Shown: positions 54,176-64,000 of the stretch, piece after piece
Layout: each line of letters opens with the position of its first letter
Position numbering within the stretch: the stretch's first letter is position 1
DNA from: Phycisphaerales bacterium
GTDB lineage: Bacteria > Planctomycetota > Phycisphaerae > UBA1845
Assembly (NCBI GenBank): GCA_020639115.1
Contig: JACKHG010000005.1
Coordinates: 114,071-178,070, forward strand
Reading direction: 5' to 3'
Length of the DNA: 64,000 bases
Made by a program: the position numbers and the translations under genes
The notes under the pieces: generated by a model
What the model was told of the DNA's origin: nothing
Databases searched by the model: none
The model's input: only the letters and a program-made list of their open reading frames with translations

Positions 54176-55984
54176 ATGGCTGATATCGCCCGCCGTGAGG
54201 AACTCGCCCTGCAGCACGTCAACACCGAGCTGGCGGAGCTGCTCGACGTCGCCGCGCTGCCCATGGAGCACGGAGGCGGCCGGGCGCTGGCGGACACGCT
54301 GTGGGTCTGGGGCATCGTCGGCGGGAAGGATGTTGGGAAAAGCACATTGATCAACGCGCTCGCGGGGGGCGACGTGGTCGATCGCGGCGTGGACTACGGC
54401 GAGGGGACGTTCGCGCCGTCGGCGTACCTGACCAGCCGCGACCGGCCGGCGCTGACCGCACGATTCGCGGGGCTCGAGGAGCTGGACATCCGCTACGTGG
54501 ACGCGGCGCCCGATACGATGCGCGGACTGGTGCTGGTGGACCTGCCCGATTTCGACTCGCTCTTCACCGATCACCTGGCGGCGGTCCGGAGGATCGCCGG
54601 CGTGCTCGACGGGATCATCTGGGTCACGACGCCGAAGAAGGTGGGCGACGTGCGGGCGATCGACGAGGTTGAGCGAATTCTCAAGGCGCGGGCGAACTTC
54701 GCGTACGTGGTCAACAAGATGGACTGGCTGATCGCGCAGAGCAATCAGCCGCCGCAGGTGGAGTTGGCGCGGGCGGCGGAGGCGCTGCGCCGCCAGGTGT
54801 CGTGCTGCGATGCGGACGACGGCCGGGCGCGATCGTTCCTGGTCTCGGCGCGCTACCGCACGCACGACGACATGCTCGCGGCGATCGCCCGAAGCCGGGC
54901 GGTGGACGCAGCGCGGCTCAATGGGGAGATGGCGCAGGCGGTCGATGAGCTGCTGGGCCGTTTCACGGCGCTGCGCGAGCGGCTGACCACGGCGCCCACC
55001 AGCGACGTCGCCGAGGCGAACAAGCAGGCCAACCTCACCTTCCAGTTGCGCACGCAGGCCGAGCGGTTGCGGCAGCACTATCAGCCGGAAGCCCTGCTGG
55101 CCCGGTTGGAGCGGGCGCTGGACGAGGAGACGCTGAACGATCTGGCCGCGCGGTATTTCTCGCCGGAATACTGCGCCGCGGTGCTGCGGCGGTTGAACGG
55201 CGCCGACATGCTGTTTGCGACGTGGTCGGCGAGCCTGTTCCGGCGGAGGGTGGCGCGCTGGCCGCTGCTGGGTGCGGTCGCGTCGCCGCTGATGGCGATC
55301 GGGGCGGCGCTGGCGGGGATGCGGGCGCTGCTGCCTCGATTGGGTTCGCCCGAAGCGCCCGATCCGTTCCGCCAGGACGGGGTGGGGATTCGCGAGCGGG
55401 CGGATGGTCTGGTGGCGGCGATTCGGGCACGGCTTGCGGGCCTGTCGCCGCGGGCAGCGGCTGACCTGCCGGACGCCGACGAAATCGCTCGCACGTTCGC
55501 CGCGGACGCGCGCGGCCTGGCGGAGACGCAGCGCGAGACGATCGCCGCGACGCACATGCAACGCCGCGCGGGTGCGTTCGGCCGCATGGTGCGCGGCGCG
55601 ATCACGCTGAGCGTGCTGTTGTGGTTTCCACTGGTTCAGCCGCTCCTCGCCGCCTGGCTTGCGACGGCTGGTGCGGATGGCGTCAACGTCACGGAGAGCC
55701 TGAAACTGCTCGTGCACACGCTGTCGGGCGGCGCGGTGCTCTCGGGGCTGTGCGTGTCGCTGCTGCTGCTCGCGGCGCTCACCGGCGCGGTGTATTCCCG
55801 AGCGGTGGCGGACACCTACCGAGCGCTGGACCGGCTGCGGACGCTCGCGGACGAGGGCGGCACCGATACGCTCAATTCCGGCCTGTTGGCAGCCATCACG
55901 CAGGCGCCGCGGGCCCTGCGCAGCCGCTTGGCGGAAATCATCGAGCGGCTGGAAGCACTGGCGGACACGTCCGGAGGCGGTTGA
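54176..55984 (+). CDS. dynamin-like/P-loop GTPase 2 with C-terminal TM segments
   Basis: G1 GGKDVGKST; G3-position LVDLPDF; G4 VNKMD. Starts 1 nt after the GTPase-1 stop behind a GGGAGGG RBS. Two C-terminal TM stretches. Confidence 0.78.
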   Translation: MADIARREELALQHVNTELAELLDVAALPMEHGGGRALADTLWVWGIVGGKDVGKSTLINALAGGDVVDRGVDYGEGTFAPSAYLTSRDRPALTARFAGLEELDIRYVDAAPDTMRGLVLVDLPDFDSLFTDHLAAVRRIAGVLDGIIWVTTPKKVGDVRAIDEVERILKARANFAYVVNKMDWLIAQSNQPPQVELARAAEALRRQVSCCDADDGRARSFLVSARYRTHDDMLAAIARSRAVDAARLNGEMAQAVDELLGRFTALRERLTTAPTSDVAEANKQANLTFQLRTQAERLRQHYQPEALLARLERALDEETLNDLAARYFSPEYCAAVLRRLNGADMLFATWSASLFRRRVARWPLLGAVASPLMAIGAALAGMRALLPRLGSPEAPDPFRQDGVGIRERADGLVAAIRARLAGLSPRAAADLPDADEIARTFAADARGLAETQRETIAATHMQRRAGAFGRMVRGAITLSVLLWFPLVQPLLAAWLATAGADGVNVTESLKLLVHTLSGGAVLSGLCVSLLLLAALTGAVYSRAVADTYRALDRLRTLADEGGTDTLNSGLLAAITQAPRALRSRLAEIIERLEALADTSGGG

Positions 55985-56412
55985 TGAGAAGCGCATGGCT
56001 ACCGGTCGTCGCGGTCGGACTTCTGGCCCAGGCGGGGTGCGCGCAGAACAGCGCGACGATTCGATACAGCCAGGAGACCGGCAGGCTCTGGGGGATTCAA
56101 ACGGTCGCGTTGCACGCGAACGGCACGGTAACCTTGGTCGATGCGGAGACGGGCGACCACGGCCCGGCCCTGACGATGCTCGACCATCAGCGCCGAGCGG
56201 TCCAGCAAGTCACATTGTCCGCTGGTGACCGCTGCAGCCTCTCGGACGGCCATCACGTCAGCCTGGTCTACACGTTGCGAGGTGTCCGGAATGGACAAGC
56301 GCTCGTGCGCATCCACGAACGTACCGACACGCGAGCGATGGGCGGCATCACAAACGACGCGAGCCGCACGGTCGCGATCGACGCATACACCGAACAACCG
56401 AAGTCCGAATAG
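55984..56412 (+). CDS. small lipoprotein (142 aa)
   Basis: MRSAWLPVVAVGLLAQAGC lipobox. Its ATG shares 1 nt with the GTPase-2 stop (TGATG). Confidence 0.62.
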   Translation: MRSAWLPVVAVGLLAQAGCAQNSATIRYSQETGRLWGIQTVALHANGTVTLVDAETGDHGPALTMLDHQRRAVQQVTLSAGDRCSLSDGHHVSLVYTLRGVRNGQALVRIHERTDTRAMGGITNDASRTVAIDAYTEQPKSE

Positions 56413-56458
56413 CGCTGCTCGCGATGGACCGGATTACCGGTTGCGCGCCGAGGCGCGA

Positions 56459-58063
56459 TCACTTCTGCTCGGGGTCCGTCCATACCGACACGGCGCACCA
56501 CGCTGCCCCGGCGCGCTTCGTGCTGAAACGGCTCTCCAGCAGCGTCGTGAGCGCTTCGGCGCGGGTCGCGGCGAAAGCGGCGGTAACGGCGTTGTTGCCC
56601 GGACGCTCGTCGACCTGGGCCAGGGTCCAGGCGTCGCTGATGGAATCCCCCTTGTTGTAGCGCCCGTAGAAACGCCAACCCGAGCGATCCAGCGAAGTGT
56701 GTTCGCCATCGGTGCCGCAGATCGTACGTATGCCGCCGATGAAGCCGCTCAGCGCCCACGCGTCGAAGAGCGTGCATTTATTGGGCTCCGCCACGTACGC
56801 CATCGTGCTGCAGCCCTCGAGGAACAGGTGGCGTAGGCGGCGCTGACCGAGCGCAGTTCCGGGCGGCGGGTCGAACTTCACCCACACGTCGAGCTGGCGC
56901 CGGAACCGAAAGCGCGTCCCGACGCTGCCGCCGTGCGTGAAGACGCAGGCGACGTCGCACTGCTCGAGATCCACGTAGAACGGCGGCTCGAGCTGCGCAC
57001 ACTCAGCGAACGGGTACTCGTACTCCTTCCCGTCGGACTTTTGCCGCCGCCGCGTCTCGCGCGGCTCGCCGCCGACGAGCGGATAGCTCGCCAGGCTGCG
57101 ATGAAAGCGGACCTCCACGCCGGGATGTTCCCAACCGTGCGTGCGCGGATCCCAGTTGCCGCGCACCGCTCCGACGCCCCCGTACCGCTTCCACCAGACC
57201 CAGCACCAGTGGTGATAGTCCGTGGACCGGCGATAGTCGGCGGCGTCGACGAGGTCGCGGTGCCCTAGGTCGTAATGATCGCGGCCGAAGGGATCGGTGC
57301 GCTGCGCGACGTTGATGAACGGCTCGCCTTCGTGGGAATACGCCTGCAGTTCGAAGCGATACTCGTCGGGGTCGAAGAACGTACCCACGCGCAGGCGGCG
57401 CGGCGTTTCGCGCCAGGTGATGGCCCCCGCGTCAGATGGCGGAACCGCGAGTTCATCCACCAGCGACGTCAGACGCGGGCTCTGCACGTTGGTGTCGACG
57501 CGCACCGGCGCACGATCGGCCGAGAAGACAGCCACGAAGTAACCGCCGCCGGACAGGTCGGACAGGCGCACGAGAAAGCGACCCGCGTAACGCTCGACGG
57601 TGCCGTCGGAACGGCGGCAGAGCAGCAGGACTTCCTGCTTGACGTGCACGGGTGTGCCGTCGGCTCGCTCGACGTCAGCCAGTTCACCGGCGAGCCGCCA
57701 GGTGGTATCGATCAATTCGCTGCGGACCGCGGACGCCATTGCCGGCTTGACATTGGCGCCGGCGACGCGATGACGCTCAAGGTCCGCACCCCCGGCGGGC
57801 GAACGGGCCGGACGAAAGGTGCGGTTACCAGCGCAGTCGATGACGAGGACCCACGCATCATCCGCAACTTCAATCCAGGTCGGAGCGCGACGAAGCGTTC
57901 GAGCCGCAGATGCCTTCGATCCGACGGCGGCGACAAACCGGTCGAATTCCTCGTCGGTGCCAGCCGGCACGCCGGGCGGTGCCCCCTGCGCGACACTGAC
58001 TGCGCAGGCGCCAATGGACGCCAGGATCCAGGCAGCTCGCGTTGATCTCCGCCATCCGCACAT
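56459..58063 (-). CDS. secreted hypothetical protein; C-terminal half has a clan-CD-like His-Gly...Cys dyad
   Basis: Signal peptide. ..ACVFTHGGSVG..(35 aa)..HLFLEGCSTM, with each catalytic-type residue at the end of a hydrophobic strand. Confidence 0.65.
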   Translation of the reverse strand: MCGWRRSTRAAWILASIGACAVSVAQGAPPGVPAGTDEEFDRFVAAVGSKASAARTLRRAPTWIEVADDAWVLVIDCAGNRTFRPARSPAGGADLERHRVAGANVKPAMASAVRSELIDTTWRLAGELADVERADGTPVHVKQEVLLLCRRSDGTVERYAGRFLVRLSDLSGGGYFVAVFSADRAPVRVDTNVQSPRLTSLVDELAVPPSDAGAITWRETPRRLRVGTFFDPDEYRFELQAYSHEGEPFINVAQRTDPFGRDHYDLGHRDLVDAADYRRSTDYHHWCWVWWKRYGGVGAVRGNWDPRTHGWEHPGVEVRFHRSLASYPLVGGEPRETRRRQKSDGKEYEYPFAECAQLEPPFYVDLEQCDVACVFTHGGSVGTRFRFRRQLDVWVKFDPPPGTALGQRRLRHLFLEGCSTMAYVAEPNKCTLFDAWALSGFIGGIRTICGTDGEHTSLDRSGWRFYGRYNKGDSISDAWTLAQVDERPGNNAVTAAFAATRAEALTTLLESRFSTKRAGAAWCAVSVWTDPEQK

Positions 58064-58266
58064 ATTGAATCACCGATTCGACGAACCACGATACCCGACC
58101 CGCCAAGGCCGCAACAACCCTCAGCCGCTACAGAGGGTCAGGGGCGGCTGTGCTGCCCGCGGATGAAAAGGCAGTGGCAAATCTTGCGGTGGGCACAAGA
58201 ATAGGAATGATGCGGAAGACTGGCTGGTGCCTCGGCATCAATGCCCCAGAGAGGTGTTAAACGCCC

Positions 58267-59109
58267 GTGCGACCTTTCAAGAAGAAAAGCAGCGTGATGC
58301 GGATGACGCCAGCCGACGAGGCGGCGGCCTACGACGCCGCGCAGTGCGTCGTGGAGACGCACCGGCGGCTGGCGGGGTGGCTGCACGCGGGTCTGACGCT
58401 GGAGGCGGTGGACGCGTTCGTGGCGCAGACGCTGGAGGCGTTGGACTGCCGCTCATGCTTTCTGGGGTACCAGATTCCTCGGCATCAGCCGTTTCCGAAC
58501 CACGCGTGCCTGAGCGTCAACGCGTGCGTGGTGCACGGAACGGCGGAGGCGCACACCGCGCCGCTGCAGGCCGGGGACGTGCTGAAGATCGACATCGGCG
58601 TGCTGCACAAGGGCTGGATTGGGGATGCGGCGTGGACGTACGTGTTCGGCGCGATGAGTCCGGAGGTGAAGCGGCTGACCGATTGCGGCAAGGAGTCGAT
58701 CCGCAAGGGGCTCGAGCAGTTGCGACCGGGCAAGCGGCTGATCCATTGGGCGCGGGCGGTGCAGCGCTACGTCGAGGACCAGCAGGGGTTTTACCTGGTT
58801 CGCGGCCTCGGCGGGCACGGCTACGGCCGGGTGCTGCACGCCGCCCCGCACATCGCCAACAACGTGCCCGACCGGCCGGGCGAGTGGCCCGAGGCGCAGG
58901 CCGACATCGTCCCGGGGATGCTGCTCGCGGTCGAGCCGATGATCGCAGCCGGCACCGCGCAGGTGATGCAGCGGGGGCGGGGTTGGCCGGTGTACAGCGT
59001 GGACGGTTCGCAGACGGTGCACTACGAGCACGACGTGCTGATCACGGAGGAGGGGCACCGGTTGCTCACGGCGGGTCTCGAGGACGTGGCGGACGTGATC
59101 ACGCGGTAG
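58267..59109 (+). CDS. map: type I methionine aminopeptidase
   Basis: M24 metal-ligand regions: ..VLKIDIGVLHKGWIGDAAWTY.., ..GHGYG.., ..LAVEPMI.., ..YEHDVLIT... Confidence 0.9.
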   Translation: MRPFKKKSSVMRMTPADEAAAYDAAQCVVETHRRLAGWLHAGLTLEAVDAFVAQTLEALDCRSCFLGYQIPRHQPFPNHACLSVNACVVHGTAEAHTAPLQAGDVLKIDIGVLHKGWIGDAAWTYVFGAMSPEVKRLTDCGKESIRKGLEQLRPGKRLIHWARAVQRYVEDQQGFYLVRGLGGHGYGRVLHAAPHIANNVPDRPGEWPEAQADIVPGMLLAVEPMIAAGTAQVMQRGRGWPVYSVDGSQTVHYEHDVLITEEGHRLLTAGLEDVADVITR

Positions 59110-59207
59110 GTTGGACATTCCTCGCGATCGGTTTCATCTCGCGATCGTTTGACCGTTGGGAAATAAGTAATATCGGCGCCGGGCCGGCTTGGTGGGCGGC
59201 GCCCACC

Positions 59208-59903
59208 CTACAGCAGGCCGCGTTTGCGCATGACGGCCAGGATCATCTCGACGGTTTCATCCACCGACAGGCTGGCGAGATTGGCGACAAGGTCGAAGCG
59301 ATCGGGCGCGTCGGGCTCCTCGTGAAAATGGCTGCGGATGAAGCGGCTGCGCTGCTGCTCGATCCGCTCGATCTCGCGTGCCGCATCGATCGCGGACATG
59401 CCGGTGCGTTCGGCGAACGCCTGGGCACAGAGTGCGGGCAGCGAGACCACGCGCACGCGCAGGCCGCAGCCACGGGGCAGGACGAGGTCGGCGCCGCGGC
59501 CCAGGAAGATCGCGTGTCCGTGGCGCACGAGCGCGAGCATCGTCTCGGTGAGGCGGCGGAAGTAGTCGTTGCGGCGAAACTCCGCGGTCGTGAAGCTCAG
59601 TAGGGATTCCTCAATGAAGCTCTGGTCGCGTTCGTCGAGCGTTTCATAGATGCGCTGGCGCACGCCGTCGTCGCCGGACATGTGCAGGAGCAGTTCGCGG
59701 TCGAAGAGCGGCCAGTCGATCGCCGCCGCCAGGTGGCGGGCGACCTCGGTGCCGCCGCTGCCGACCATGCGGGAGATGGTCACGAAGGGCTGGGTGGCGG
59801 CGGACGTTTCGGGAGCGGTGATCTCCTGCTGGCGGGCGAGTTCCCAGTTGCGCATCTGGCGTTCGACGGCGGCGCTGACGGACTTGCTGCGGATGGTCGA
59901 CAT
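59208..59903 (-). CDS. cytidylate kinase-like family protein (Cytidylate_kin2 type)
   Basis: FVTISRMVGSGGTEVARHLAAAIDWPLFDRELL matches the family's N-terminal signature. Confidence 0.78.
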   Translation of the reverse strand: MSTIRSKSVSAAVERQMRNWELARQQEITAPETSAATQPFVTISRMVGSGGTEVARHLAAAIDWPLFDRELLLHMSGDDGVRQRIYETLDERDQSFIEESLLSFTTAEFRRNDYFRRLTETMLALVRHGHAIFLGRGADLVLPRGCGLRVRVVSLPALCAQAFAERTGMSAIDAAREIERIEQQRSRFIRSHFHEEPDAPDRFDLVANLASLSVDETVEMILAVMRKRGLL

Positions 59904-60366
59904 GGCTGCGGCTCCTCTCTGGGGCGCCGGAGGGGATGCCCGTGGGCGGAGTGCGCCCCAGTAATTCTAGGCGCCGTCGGGCATTCCGTTGGGGGGCGGA
60001 CAGGGCCGCGGGTCTGCGTATTTTCACGACCCGGGGCCGCCGGCAGCAGGACGGTGGGAAAACATCCGCAAGCGCCTGAGGATCGTTCCGCAGCACGGGA
60101 AGTCGCGGGGTGCGGGTGCGGGATACGCCCTGGAAGCTGGTGAAGATTCAGTGGCTGTGTACACGCGAGGCGGCTGCGGTGCAGCCCCGCACCGCCCCTG
60201 CAGGCTCGCCAGGGCGGTTTCCCGGGCTCGATGACGCCTTCGGGACCGCGGCACGCGGTTTGCAACGGAAGGAGAGGCGGATAGGGCCGTCGCCGCATGC
60301 GCCCCCTCAAGAGGCGGTGCAGCACCTGGACAAGTTTCCCGAAGTGGCTGGAGCAGGAATCGAAGG

Positions 60367-63933
<3,567 letters not shown>

Positions 63934-63945
63934 GTCGCGGTGACG

Positions 63946-63975
63946 GCGCCCCAGCCGGTATGCCGGTTGGGGCGC
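63946..63975 (+). terminator. 13-bp GC-rich hairpin 13 nt after the PFOR stop (no U-tract)
   Basis: GCGCCCCAGCCGG-tatg-CCGGTTGGGGCGC. Confidence 0.4.
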
Positions 63976-64000
63976 TGCGCGCGGCAGGCACGGAACAGGA

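Overview
This is a 64-kb window from a very GC-rich chromosome, roughly 65-70% GC by eye. The gene content suggests Planctomycetota/PVC, but that is inference only: PQQ-type beta-propellers, a PEP-CTERM protein, a TIGR03790-like protein with dockerin-like repeats, an ECF sigma factor coupled to a Ser/Thr kinase, and several CxxC..CPECG zinc-ribbon membrane proteins. I support about 45 protein genes and one RNase P RNA (rnpB, 31145-31597). I saw no tRNA, rRNA or CRISPR. Ordinary content: two exporters (ABC/FtsX 5311-9372; MFS/HlyD 11019-14128), a hybrid histidine kinase, selB with a frame-broken selA, sugar-nucleotide and glycosyltransferase genes, map and PFOR. Items worth a second look, in my order of interest: (1) a five-gene operon of unrecognisable small proteins at 31680-33700, at the window centre, with every junction overlapping; (2) a membrane-anchored tandem dynamin-like GTPase module at 52299-56412 with an unusual DLPD G3 motif; (3) a flip of strand composition (C-rich to G-rich) between about 36.8 and 44.8 kb, which coincides with a 1.6-kb ORF-poor repeat region, an AT-rich patch, and an IS5/orphan-Rhs toxin island bounded by heptamer arrays; (4) Rhs C-terminal cassettes paired with TM+zinc-ribbon proteins whose motif recurs at two other loci; (5) a ~70-nt repeat with apparently covarying helices at 10.1-10.8 kb; (6) short tandem arrays with periods of 7, 8 or 17 nt that start at or next to stop codons and place stops in all frames; (7) an indel-dense stretch at 24.33-25.2 kb that breaks selA and the 5' end of the next gene. 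All functional calls come from motif recognition by eye. No database search was possible, and gene starts are provisional.
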